Of a stretch of DNA of 64,000 nt, positions 29,862 through 43,473 are shown piece after piece; the stretch's first letter is position 1; every line of letters starts with the position of its first letter. The stretch comes from Eledone cirrhosa. Its lineage: Eukaryota. The notes beneath the pieces are model-generated. The model worked only from the letters and a program-made list of their open reading frames with translations, was not told where the DNA came from and made no database searches. Made by a program: the position numbers and the translations under genes. The DNA is taken from NCBI GenBank assembly GCA_964016885.1, contig OZ024745.1, forward strand, positions 130,138,001 to 130,202,000, given 5' to 3'.

Positions 29862-30990
29862 TTATTAAAATAACAGATTAAATTTTAAGCAAAGAATCGC
29901 TGCTTTCACCCTTAACGGGATCTTCTGAAACTAACAAAGTCAATCTCTAAACGCAGAAGTGGAAATTTCAAAAAACGTTGCGACCGGAGGAAGACAGGAA
30001 GACGATACTTTGGTTCGTGGAAACGTTCCCTGGCAAAGAACGGGAAAAAACGCATATAATACGTCATTAATAGGAGCAGTGAAAAACAATTACGCGCAAA
30101 GACAGAACCACGTTTACGGTATAAAAGAAGTCGTAGACTAATATTCTCTTAGGTGGTTCATAGAGACGTTCTCTGGCAATGAACGGAAAAAATGAAGAGA
30201 ATACGTCATATGCGGAGCGTGGAGAACAATTGCACGCAAAGACAAAACCACGTAAATAGTATAGCAGAAGTCGTAGACTAAAATTCTAACTAGGAAACCG
30301 AATGATTCTCCGCTTCAGAGTTAAGAATAAAGTAAATAAAATACAATACAGAGGTAAATGATACTAAATAAATACATACACGCATCCAAATACGTACATA
30401 CACAAGCATACGCGAAAACAACCGCCATAGGTATACAGAACCACGCACATATAAATATGTGTGTGTGTGTGTGTGTGTGTGTGTACGTGTAAACAAATAA
30501 ATAAGTAATTAAATAAACGTATATAAATAAATAAATACGTATATAACAAGCGCACACACATACCTTCATGTAAATACACAAATGTTCGGAGACTACGTCA
30601 ACCAAAACATGAAGTACACATATACACACACCCAACATACGTATGAACCCGCATACTCACACCGACGCAAAACTCCCGTATACACATAACCAAAAGCATA
30701 TGTACCAGAAAATATAAAAATATACGCCATAAAATATACAATCAAATATACGTACGAGAAAGTATGCGTACCTTCACAGAACATACAGGTAATATGTACT
30801 TACCTATGCAAATAAGTAATGGTATAAACATAACATATACTTAGCTACCACATCAAGACGTAAAATATCCACGTATAGATCGTACTATCCGTTAGGGTAT
30901 AATGTGGGGCTGTAATACATGAAAAATACACCGTTAAGGGTGAACGCAGCGATTCTTTGCTTAAACTTTAATCTGTTATTTTAATAAATA
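29862..30990. repeat. Family E copy with ~57-bp terminal inverted repeats and an internal ~125-bp tandem duplication
   Basis: TTATTAAAATAACAGATTAA...CCCTTAACGG mirrored at 30930-30988; duplication at ~30020-30290. Confidence 0.7.
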
Positions 30991-31045
30991 TATATATATT
31001 TATAATACACACACGCATTCACACACACATATATATATGCATATA

Positions 31046-31603
<558 letters not shown>

Positions 31604-31628
31604 ATATATATACACATAATATATATAC

Positions 31629-32239
31629 ATGGTAACTGCCAACTCGTTTTCGAGTACGGCCACTACTTTATATCCATGTAGGAGAACCCCTACCGATGCG
31701 CTGAACGAGTGTGACTTTTTAGTCCAGCCAGCGACTTGAAAACTCTGGTACAAACACTACACTTGTAACAATTATTGACACATAGTGCTGGGCCCATGGT
31801 ACCATGTGGCGACAAGTGCAGAGAGATCTCCAGATATAAAGCAATGCCTATGCCGTGAAGCTTTTATAGTGAGCAAAGACACTGCACAAAGCCAGTCCGA
31901 CTCTCTTAACCAAGATGATATTTACCAAAAAGAAGAACAAGTCAGCATCATTGGATACCATCAGGGTTGCAGGTGTTATATCAGAGTTTTCCTTCTCCTA
32001 GAATTCTGCCTTGACAAAGGCTAAGGGGTCATCTCTCCCGGTGATTTTGGATGGCCATTGACACTTAAGAGCTCCTTTGCCCTTTGACAGGTTTTGTTTT
32101 TAGTCCTGCAGGATGTCCAAAGTCACCCTCCTCACCAAGAAACCTTGGTGGGGTTGGCAGTTTAGTCGCCAACGACCCGACCATGAGACAGGTTGTACTG
32201 GGATACATGTTACCAGTAGCACCACCTGGTGACCTGACA
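31629..32239 (-). mobile_element. Family C ~610-bp non-autonomous element (probably RTE-related SINE)
   Basis: High-identity copies at 38201-38757 and 50759-51370; no TIRs; flanked by TA/TACA microsatellites. Confidence 0.85.
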
Positions 32240-32288
32240 TGTATATATATGTATATATATGTATATATAAATATGTATATACATACTT

Positions 32289-32330
<42 letters not shown>

Positions 32331-33050
32331 CATATAATACATATATATATATACATACATATATATATATAAATACATACATATATATATATAAATACAT
32401 ACATGCATACATATATATACGCGTGTGTGTGAGTTTTTGCGTGTGTGTCTGTGTAACTCAGTATTTGAATGTGTGTGTGTCTGTGTATATATTTTCTTAT
32501 ATACACATAATATCAAATAATTCTTTCCTATATTACGTGAATTCGCAAACGCAAGGAAAATACACAAATGTTCAGACACGCACATCTATCGATATATATA
32601 CACTCATACAATAACATTTCTTTGTTATCGAATAGGCGTGGTGACAGAGATGGTTTGCGTGAAAACGACAGGTAGAGTAAGAATCAGGAATGAGACTGAT
32701 AATTTTTTTTCTGAGCTGAAAATATATCTTCTTTTCTTTACTACTTCTTTGAGTACATTTAATAAATCGTTACTCTCTCTCAACAATAAAAGCATCACCA
32801 CAACTCTAATATATCTTTCTGCCCTTCCCTTCCTTGTCACTCTATGGCTTTTATCCACATCTTCCGTTCTTATCTGTTTTCTAATATTTCTGTTACATGC
32901 TGACTCCTATGTAACATTTTTTCTTTGTTTTTCTTCTATCCTATCCTTTCAACTTTCATTTATTTTCAGTCATAGATGTAAACCTCTCTTGACGTTTTTC
33001 ATTTTTTCCTCGGTGTTTTCTGCAATGTTTCATACTAATCATAATTATGC

Positions 33051-33118
<68 letters not shown>

Positions 33119-33292
33119 AAACGCGCGAACAATATATCGATACTAACACTTACTCTCTCTCTCTCTCGATGATTTCTTCCGAATGAAACAGTTCTAGCCC
33201 TGTAGAAGCCTTTGCTATGTTAAACATTTATACTCTGCTTTATATTGAGTACCTTACTTAATGTGGTTACCCCCGATTGTACACGGGATAAA

Positions 33293-33334
<42 letters not shown>

Positions 33335-34069
33335 TGTATGCATAGTAAATTTGATAATATACTATATATTTAACTATATTTTGAAGACCATTCGTTCTGA
33401 ATTTTAGAGTAGTGACTATGTCACTTATATATTTATATATATATATATCAGGCTATTCTCCCACATTTTGTAATTATCATTGTTGTGCTTTAAAATAAGG
33501 CCACATTCACTTTGGGATTATTCTGTACGAAATTTATAAATTTTTCGCACCATTGAGTAATCTGTGTTTTTGTGTATGTGTGTATATTTATAGTAGAAAA
33601 TGAAGGAACTTTCTTGGTACAGTACTGTAACATATATTTGAAAAAAGTGAAGAAGCACTTCATTGGTGGTTAACTATCTTTAATATTTCAATTATTTAGA
33701 GTAAGTCATTATTGATATTAGTTCGGTTAAGCTTTTGTTAATTTAGGTGGAGAACTTGAAGTCCTTCTTAATTTTGTGGGGAATTTCCTCGCTTTCAGCG
33801 GCGATTGTTTATCTGTGGTATATTGATGATCTAACTATGCATATAGAGACAGAGGGATTGGAGTCTGGGAGTAGAGTGATAAGTATGTATGTACATACAA
33901 AGTAGTGTAATTCAAAATAGCGCATATGTCATTCTCTGATGGTAAGAAAGTGAAAACAAAGATGAAAAGTTAATTGAGACAGAATGATATTGGATGTTTC
34001 GTTGTAAATGTTAGATAGGGGTAAATTGGAGAAGAAACAAATTAAGATTGATCTCTTCCCAGATCCCTC

Positions 34070-34590
34070 ACCAAGGACGCCACTTGCTGCAACATGTTCT
34101 CCGCCTCCAATTTAGTCGGTTCGGCCACAAACCCCGGCATCCCTGCCCGCCTCGCAGAAAAACGTAAAATAAATAAATATCGGGGTTTGTCCGGCCGCTT
34201 CTTCTTCGCATCGGTCACCCTCGAGACCTCAGGTGTACTTGGACCCCGTACTACTGAGCTCCTCCGCAAGATCGGAGCGTCGGCGGCCTGTCTGAGGAAG
34301 GAGCCCCGTGAGGTTGCGTGGCTGTTGCAGCGGGAGTTACTCGTCATCGTCCGTGGCAATGCTTTTGCCCTCTTGCCCTAAGCTCAAAGCCCAATCATCC
34401 TCCCCCATCACCCCTCCCCTCTCTTCTACGACACCAGAGCTCTTGCCATTCCCTCCTCTTCCTGATCTTTTTCTTCTTTCTTTCCCGCCTTCCCTTTTTT
34501 TCTATATATTTTCTTCTATATTTCCCTATTCTTTCTTTCCCTTTGTTTCCCCTTCTTTTTTATTATTTCTACATTGAAAATAAACATGTG
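34070..34590 (+). mobile_element. CRE-like (restriction-like endonuclease) LINE 3' fragment
   Basis: DATC..SA...AEKRKINKY...F..VTLETSGVLGP...LLQR...IVRGNA is the RLE C-terminal pattern; followed by a pyrimidine-rich 3' UTR and AATAAA. Confidence 0.75.
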
Positions 34591-35199
34591 TTCTATGATA
34601 GATATAAGGTATCAGTAGATTAGTGTTGACAAAGGAATACAATGTTGTTGACAGTGGGTGTACTTTACAAATGTGGAACGAATTTTGTATGATGGGATAA
34701 ATTGAGGGTGATTATGTGATGGTGGTGGTGGTGTGGTGGTTTTGTCTTGGTGGTGGTGGTGGTTGTGGTGGTGGTGGTGGTGGTGGTGGTGGATGTTACT
34801 ATGGGGGTGCAGGTACGAATGAGAAAGTGAGTATCATGCAAAATTGAAAGGAGAGGTAAACATATACACACACACACATAGATACACAAAAACATATGTA
34901 CATACATATACACACACACATATATATACACATAATATATATATATATACATACACATATATCGATACACATATACACATACACATATACACACACATAT
35001 ATATAGTATATATATACATATATATATATATATACATACATATATATACTCAGACATACATATATACAGACACCTAAACACATACACATACATAAATACA
35101 TACATGATGGCTGCAAATTCTGCTAAGAGTATTGTAATCGCTTGTCAAGTTTATAGAGTTTGGTGCAGTTTTAGGCTACGACCAGCCACACTAACCTGT

Positions 35200-35582
35200 A
35201 ACATATCCTAAACAAGCAATGCCTGTGTTTTGAAGGTTTTTTTAAAATGGGGAAAGGCCTTGCTCTCGACTAATCGCACTCTCTGAGCATCGAAAACACT
35301 ACCCGAAGTGTAGCAGAACTGGTCAAGATCATTGTATGCTTCAGAAGTCGCAGGTTTTTTTTTTTTTCAGAGTTTCCCTCTTGTGACAACAACTGGGGGC
35401 TTTTCACTCCCAGGTAAAAAAAGGTACTATTTGGAAGGCCGTTGACTCTGCTGAGTTTCTCCTCCCTTTGCCGGGTCTTGTAATTCCTCCCGCAGGGTGT
35501 CCAAATATCACCGTCCTCACCAAGCTAGCATGGTGGCGTCCGGTTTAGTCGCAGACGACCCGGAAACCTGACAGGTTCTATC
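35200..35582 (-). mobile_element. Diverged relative of family C
   Basis: Shares AAGCAATGCCTGTG, CAGAGTTT, TGTCCAAA..TCACC.TCCTCACCAAG, TTTAGTCGC..ACGACCCG; another relative at 50250-50490. Confidence 0.6.
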
Positions 35583-36320
35583 GATGTATATAAAAAATAT
35601 ATGTACATATATATATATTTATATTTTTGTGTAGATATATATATATATATATATGTATATACATATATATAGAGAGAAACATATATGTATATAAGTATAC
35701 AAGTCCAGAAATAGCCGTCGAAACAGCTTGCGCTCTGCCGTCGGCGTCTTGAACATTTTCCTAAATATATATGTATATATATGTGTGCATATGTGTGAGA
35801 GTGAGTGGGAATCTTGTAAGTACACTCTTCTACTCTACTATCTCATCGTTCTCGCCTTCCACACCTATACTACATATATATCTACAATAAATCTCTACAC
35901 TCTACATCTATACCTTACCTTCAATTACTACAAAAATATCGTCTGCTTCGCTTAGTTAGTCATATTTTCATTAGTTACTATATTCTCCCACTTTATTCTT
36001 ATTCTGATTCAAACAAGTCTGTTGTTTCTTTCTTTATCATGAAGCTCTGTCTTCTTAGATTTCAAACATACTCTTACTCTGACTCAGTCAGCAGATTTCT
36101 TTCTATATATTTACTAATGTGTTAAATATTTCTATACGTTCTATTGCTTACTTTTTTTTATTTGGTGGCTTGTTTTCTTTCTTAGACATATTTTATCTGT
36201 TTCTTCATTCTAAATAGTCTTGTTCCATTTTTTTTCTCTCTTTGATTTAGAATGACGACAACGACGACGATGATGAAGATAACGATGATAATAATGATAA
36301 TAATAATAATAATAATAATG

Positions 36321-36383
<63 letters not shown>

Positions 36384-37120
36384 TTATTATGCAATATCTA
36401 ACAATAGTATTATTCATTAAAATATTATTTCTCTCTCATTCACTTATTAGCGATTTTTCTAATAAAGCAAATTCAGTTGAAAAACAAATTTCAGGAATGT
36501 TTTTCAACATTACGAACAAATATTTTCTTTTATTTCTTCGTTGTGTGCTGATGATGTATTTTGATGTGAACATTATTGATGCTACTTCCTTAATATTTTC
36601 CATTTGACGTTCCTACTTCTTCTACGTGTTTTCCAATAGTTCTTCTTTTATGTTGGAATTTATTCACTCAAGGTCAGAGCTTGTTTATGGAAATAGTTCC
36701 TTGTTGCTCTAATTATTGGCACAGAAAGCTTTTCTCTAACATTCTATATTTTATTATTCTTTATATTGACAGCTCTCTTTCTCAATGTGTCTCAATGTAT
36801 GATATGAGAAACACACAAGCACACATTCATCCATTCATATATATATATATATATATGTATATTTATATATATATATATATATATTCATATATATATACAT
36901 ATATATATACATACATATATACATATATATTCATATATATATACATATATATACATATATATATATATACATATATATATATACATACATATATATATAT
37001 ATATATATACATAGATATATACATATATATATATACATATATACATATATATATATACATACATATATACATATACATATATATATACATATATATATAT
37101 ACATACATATATACATATAC

Positions 37121-37169
<49 letters not shown>

Positions 37170-37319
37170 CATATATACATATATATATATATACACATAC
37201 ATAAATATATGTTTATGTATATATATATATATATATACATAAACATATATATATACAGATATACATATATATACATACATACATATATATATATACATAC
37301 ATATATACATATACATATA

Positions 37320-37351
<32 letters not shown>

Positions 37352-37784
37352 CACATATATATATATACATACATATATACATATACATATATACATACAT
37401 ATATACATATATATATATATACATACACATATATATTTATTTACTAAACCTTGTTTATATTTGTTCTGGCTCGTTAATTTATTAACCCGCCATTGAACCA
37501 CATTGGCACTTGGTTGGACAATACATGCGTACCTTGGCGCCTTGTGCGTGAAGGGACGTATTTCATATTACTACTACCTCCACTAACGTTGAGAACAAAC
37601 CAGGTCATTCCGACTGCTGCTGGCAACAGCGGTGGCTAGTTTGACCTACCTCCTTTTGCCTCTATCTTTGCTACGGCCCTTGATAAACCTGTTCTACATC
37701 ATCCACTCTCATCCCAGGAACAGTTTTTGATAGCGCTAGTTTGTGATTTAAATTCAGGAATTTTATATTCTTTGAATGAAAAGA

Positions 37785-37868
37785 ACCTTCTGACGAGAAT
37801 CTCTCTTTGCAACGAAGGCCGTACGGTCTCCGTTTTATTTTTGGGATTCGAAACCGATCGGTAAGGGT
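37785..37868 (+). ncRNA. Type I hammerhead ribozyme with extended stem II
   Basis: ACCTT-CTGACGA-GAATCTC..[AACGAAGGCC GTAC GGTCTCCGTT]..GGGATTC-GAA-ACCGATCGGT(palindrome)-A-AGGGT; all core nucleotides intact, triplet GTA. Confidence 0.85.
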
Positions 37869-38047
37869 AACTATAGTAGGTAAAGTCAATTTTTTAAATT
37901 TTATTTTGAAACTTTTTCATTATTTACTAAACCTTGTTTATACATATATACATATATATATGCATACATATATACATATATATACATACATATATACATA
38001 TACACATACATATATACATATTTATATACATACATATATACTTATAC

Positions 38048-38078
<31 letters not shown>

Positions 38079-38159
38079 CATACATACATATATATACATA
38101 CATATATAAATATACATACATACATATATATATATACATACATATATATATATACATTC

Positions 38160-38192
<33 letters not shown>

Positions 38193-38200
38193 CATATATA

Positions 38201-38757
38201 TATGGTGGGTGCCAACTCGTTTTCGAGTACGGCCGCTACTTTATATGTAGGAGAACCCCTACCGATGCGCTGAACGAGTGTGAATTTTTAGTCCAGCCAG
38301 CGACTTGAAAACTCTGGTACAAACACTACACTTGTGACAATTATTGACACTTAGTGCTGGGCCCATGGCACCATGTGACGACAAGTGCAGAGAGATCTCC
38401 AGATATAAAGCAATGCCTGTGCCGTGAAGCTTTTATAGTGAGCAAAGGCACTGCACAAAGCCAGTCCCACTCTCTTAACCAAGATGATATTTACCAAAAA
38501 GAAGAACAAGTCAACATCAATGGATACCATCAGGGTTGCAGGTGTTATATCAGAGTTTTCCTTCTCCTAGAATTCTGCCTTGACAAAGGCTAAAGGGTCA
38601 TCACTCCCGGTGATTTTGGATGGTCATTGACACTTAAGAGCTCCATTGCCCTTTGACAGGTTTTGTTTTTAGTCCTGCAGGATGTCCAAAGTCACCCTCC
38701 TCACCAAGAAACCTTGGTGGGGTTGCCAGTTTAGTCGCCAACGACTCGACCATCTGA
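38201..38757 (-). mobile_element. Family C copy
   Basis: Near-identical to 31629-32239. Confidence 0.85.
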
Positions 38758-38799
<42 letters not shown>

Positions 38800-38814
38800 T
38801 CAGATAGAGTGTGT

Positions 38815-38991
38815 TAAAAACCAGGTAGACCATAACCCACCAGAGTACTCGATATTTGGGGTAGTAGAGTGGGTAATATGTGAAGATGCAGGACCCCAAC
38901 GGCTGAGCTCCGGCCATTTCAACAGCTAGATCCGAACAGTTCGGATCTAACTGTCGAAACTGCTGGAGCTCAGCCGTCGGGGTCCTGCATC
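38815..38991 (-). repeat. Family D copy with ~53-bp-arm hairpin (38885-38991)
   Basis: GATGCAGGACCCC...GATCCGAAC-A-GTTCGGATC...GGGGTCCTGCATC. Confidence 0.8.
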
Positions 38992-38995
38992 TGTT

Positions 38996-39172
<177 letters not shown>

Positions 39173-39378
39173 GTGAAAAATAAAAATAACCGAGGTGTCC
39201 TACACGAGTGAAAGTATAAGGAAAAAAGATGAAATCGAAAATGCAACTGGAGTCTTATTTTTTTTTTTAAATATATATATTTATTCGGTTCCTCTACCGG
39301 TTTCGCAGTTCTTCTGCTTTTCAAAAGTAGAGTTGAGATGGAGGATCTGTGGTTTTTCTCACATCTGTATATATATAT

Positions 39379-40495
39379 ACTAGCTAGAAAAATGCGTACA
39401 GCAAAAAAAAGTAATATTGTTGGAACAAACCTTTAAAAATACAGGACAAGGAAGTAAGATAAACCTTTAAAAATACAGGACAAAGAACTAATATAAAACT
39501 TTAAAAGAATAGGACAAGGAATATAAATTTTTACAATAATATTAGTGGCAAAATTCAATTGGTAAAAAATTGAGTTTCCATCATTACACCAATTACAACT
39601 ATGATGTTCCGCATGCATCCACTCCAACCATGATCACTTGTCTGTCATCTTTCCCGGTCCAACTCCTCGCGGATGACCCGGCGCAACTCGGACTGGGTCG
39701 GAGCAGGAACTGGAGGGGGAGAGGGAGGGGTACGGGTCTTGACTCTGGGACGATGACGGCGAGTGACCAAGGTGAATGGGCCCGTGTTCGACTCGGAATC
39801 CTGCTGGTCCTCGATGACACTTTGAGGCACGGTTGACGGTTCCGGACTGGCTTCATGGGCAGTGGTAGAAGGGCAGGTGGATAGGGCAGAGTGCTTCTTC
39901 CTGGGAGAGCACTTGAAGCAGGTGAAGCCGGCGCCGGACTCGTTGAACCACTTCCAGACAGCACTGGGCATGTTGGCGCAGCAATGATGAAAGTTGAAGC
40001 AGGCGACGAGGGGGGAGGAGGTGGAGGCGTTGGTGCAGGAGCAACAGACTGCTGATTTGGGAGTCATTGTAGCTGGGGGATGCAGGCGCTGAGGGGGCTC
40101 GAGTAGAAGGGAAGAACAGAAATGAACCATGATGACTTTTCCTACATTTTTCCTGGCCCACTTCCTCATGAACCAATGAACCAGTTGGTACAACTCGGAC
40201 TTGGAGGAGGAACACAAGACAGGGATCAATTTCATTGTATTGATATTTCTCATTAAGTAATTTCATGTTACTCAAATAAATCACTTTTATTTGATCAATT
40301 ATCTATTTTTCCAATAAAATTTTTGCCACTAATATTATTGTAAAAATTTATATTCCTTGTCCTATTCTTTTAAAGTTTTATCTTAGTTCTTTGTCCTGTA
40401 TTTTTAAAGGTTTATCTTACTTCCTTGTCCTGTATTTTTAAAGGTTTGTTCCAACAATATTACTTTTTTTTGCTGTACGCATTTTTCTAGCTAGT
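39379..40495. mobile_element. Foldback-like cassette: 175-bp inverted repeats enclosing a GC-rich LINE ORF1-like fragment
   Basis: Arms 39379-39553 and 40321-40495 are nearly identical (1 mismatch seen) and contain ~30-bp subrepeats AAACCTTTAAAAATACAGGACAA. Confidence 0.7.
39600..40067 (-). pseudogene. PHD-finger-like LINE ORF1 N-terminal fragment
   Basis: CCSC...C..FHHCC...W......FTCFKC, Pro/Ser linker, then ELRRVIREELDRER and, after a frameshift, RQVIMVGV, resembling the ORF1 coiled-coil/RRM start. Confidence 0.55.
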
Positions 40496-40959
40496 TTCCT
40501 ATTTTTCAAGGCAATGCAAACAACAACTACTTAATTAAATAGTTATTACTTTAGTTACTTCTATCAAAAAATCCCAAAAATGATGTTAATGAAAACTATA
40601 GGTGAAAGTGAAGCTATTCTTTTGTGACCTCTTAGTTACTTGTACCAATTTTGAATTTAATTCAAGCTACAGTGTCAGCCTGTGCATTGGAGTCACAGAA
40701 ATAAGTTGAGATATTTTATCTAATTGGTACAAGCATCCACTCCACATGGCGGGGACATAGGTCAGATCGTGGAGCACTCACCTATCTTAAAAATATTAAC
40801 TTATGATAAATAAGAGTCATTTAAGAAAATACAATTTTTTTAAATTAGTAGGTGAGCATTAACAACTGAATCTAAATGGAGCAAATTTGCACCATTTGCA
40901 TTTAGTTGAAAATAACATTTTAATTAAACATGACAAATTCTAATGCAATAGAAGGCAAA

Positions 40960-41295
40960 TATCAATTTTCACATGCAAATTTTTTTGGGATTTTTTTCAC
41001 GCGCGCCATTTTTGGTCGATTTTTTGTCAATTTTTCACATGCAAATTTTTTGGGGTTTTTTTGATTTTTTTTCACGCGCGCCATTTTTGTCGATTTTTTG
41101 TCAATTTTTCACATGATAATTTTTTTTTGGATTTTTGGATTTTCTTCACGCACGCCATTTTTGTCGATTTTTTGTCAATTTTTCACATGATAATTTTTTT
41201 TGGATTTTTGTATTTTCTTCACGCGCGCCATTTTTTGTCGATTTTTCATATGCAAATTTTTTGATTTTCTTCTCACACGCCATTTTTGTCGATTT
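40960..41295. repeat. Minisatellite, ~5 x 55-65 bp
   Basis: Unit TTTTCACGCGCGCCATTTTTGTCGATTTTTTGTCAATTTTTCACATG..AATTTTTTTTGGA. Confidence 0.9.
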
Positions 41296-41871
41296 CATCA
41301 TTTGAGTGTTCATAGTCCAAAAACAACTGTATTGCATTTTCGCGCCAGGCAAAAAAGTAATAAGCCGATCAAAAAGCCGCGAAACGTATATGGTGACTTT
41401 TTTCGAAAGCCGCGAAACGTATGAAGTGACCTTTTGCGATTTTTTTTGCGACCATTTTGGCGAGACTTTTGCAGGGAAACAAATTTTTCATTTGTAATAG
41501 TCAAAATAAATAAGCCGATAAAAAAGCCGAGAGACGTCATTTTCATATGTCAAATGAGCACACTATTCGCACCTATCGCAAATGAGTTCACTACTCGCAC
41601 CTATCGGTACAAAAAATAGCACAACTATTCACAACTATTAGTACAAATCCAAATGATTTTCTGAATTTCTAGTATATCAATCAGCGACTGCTTTGAAAGA
41701 GAACAATGCAGTGAGTGATTACTCATTTGAATATAAATAGAAGACAACCTCAACTAGTTTGCAACGTGTGACCACTTATCGCGAGATAGGAGAACATAAT
41801 AGCTCCTAATTAGCTCAATGATTAATGTTTACTGCCACATTGTATCAACATTTAAAATTCAAATTCAAAAA

Positions 41872-42426
41872 AATAACCGCAGTCACTGGGGGGGGGTTCA
41901 AATAACCACCGCACCCCGAATAACCGCAGTCACTAGGGGGGGTTCGAATAAGACCCTCACCCCAAATAACAGCAGTCACTGGGGGAGGGTTCGAATAAGC
42001 GCCTCACCCCGAATAATCGCAGTCACTGTGGGGGGGGGGTTCGAATAAGCGCCGCACCCCGAATAACCGCAGTCACTGTGGGGGGGGGTTCGAATAAGCG
42101 CCTCACCCCGAATAATCGCAGTCACTGGGGGAGGGTTCGAATAAGCGCCGCACCCCGAATAACCGCAGTCACTGGGGGGAGGGTTCGAATAAGCGCCGCA
42201 CCCCGAATAATCGCAGTCACTGGGGGGAGGGTTCGAATAAGCGCCGCACCCCGAATAACCGCAGTCACTGGGGGGAGGGTTCGAATAAGCGCCGCACCCC
42301 GAATAATCGCAGTCACTGGGGGGAGGGTTCGAATAAGCGGGGGGGGGGGGTTCGAATAAGCGTCTCACCCCGAATAATCGCAGTCACTGGGGGAGGGTTC
42401 GAATAAGCGCCGCACCCCGAATAACC
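41872..42426. repeat. GC-rich minisatellite, ~12 x 46-49 bp
   Basis: Unit GCAGTCACTGGGGGGAGGGTTCGAATAAGCGCCGCACCCCGAATAA(C/T)C. Confidence 0.92.
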
Positions 42427-42466
42427 CCTTATCCTCCTCTGACCGGTCCCAAGAGATGCATCAAAT

Positions 42467-43056
42467 GCACAGAGCGTCACCCTTACTCACTCACTTACTC
42501 ACTTGAACACAGTTTTTTTCAGCAAACTTTGATCATAACTTTTTTTGTGCTGAACGAAATTTCGAGATTTTTAGCTTAAGAGATGTGCAATGATTTACTC
42601 TCCATGCTCATATAACTTTCATGTGATTTTGATAATCGGAAGACATTCTTTCTAATAATGCTGTAAAGAGACGATTGCCAACGAAATCACTAAGACAACA
42701 ATATTACTAAACCGACTACCGTCGGTTTAGGATAGAAAAATTATATGGAATTATCAAGGGAGATAATCGGAAGACATTCTAATAATGCTGTAAGCACAGA
42801 GCGTCACCCTTACTCACTCACTTACTCACTTGAACACAGTTTTTTTCAGCAAACTTTGATCATAACTTTTTTTGTGCTGAACGAAATTTCGAGATTTTTA
42901 GCTTAAGAGATGTGCAATGATTTACTCTCCATGCTCATATAACTTTCATGTGATTTTGATAATCGGAAGACATTCTAATAATGCTGTAAAGAGACGATTG
43001 CCAACGAAATCACTAAGACAACAATATTACTAAACCGACTACCGTCGGTTTAGGAT
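42467..43056. mobile_element. Tandemly duplicated ~265-bp terminus, Helentron/DINE-like
   Basis: Two near-identical units (42467-42734, 42794-43056), each with a (CACT)n-like tract and a terminal perfect hairpin CTAAACCGAC-TACC-GTCGGTTTAG. The duplication is certain; the class assignment is inference. Confidence 0.5.
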
Positions 43057-43400
43057 ACATGTAAATACATACATATTTATGTACATACATATATGGGGTG
43101 TGAGAGAAAGGAAAAAACAGAGAGAATGAAGGATAAGTAGCAAATATGTATGGAGGAATATTTGAAGGCTGTTCAAATTGTATAAATGTTGTTTAAAAAA
43201 ATTAAACTGTATACATAAAGAATTAACTGTGTCATGTCGATATACTGCATAACTAAATTAATAGTGACTTCGGCGTGATTTGAATTCTGAGAGCAGAGAG
43301 ACGGAACGAATAACGCAAAGTATGCTATCGAACGTTCTAATGACTCTACCAAATCGCCACCTTGCAATATTAGCTAGATTAATATAATATAAAGTGTAAG

Positions 43401-43473
43401 AGGTTCTGGTGAGTTTCGAACTCGCTGCCTTCTGCGTGTAAAGCAGACGTGATAAAAAGTACACCATACATCG
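43401..43473 (-). pseudogene. tRNA-Val(TAC) pseudogene
   Basis: Minus: ..GGTGTA..TTATCAC-G-TCTGC TTTACAC GCAGA-AGG..GCGAG TTCGAAA CTCAC-CAGAACC; anticodon arm intact, D-loop GG lost, acceptor stem mispaired. Confidence 0.8.

Noticed and set aside
32150-32239. HDV-like or twister ribozyme in the family C end
   Set aside because: P3/L3-like GTA-TCCCAG-TAC is present, but the spacing to GG/P4 and P1/P2 pairing do not fit; kept only as an unassigned structure.
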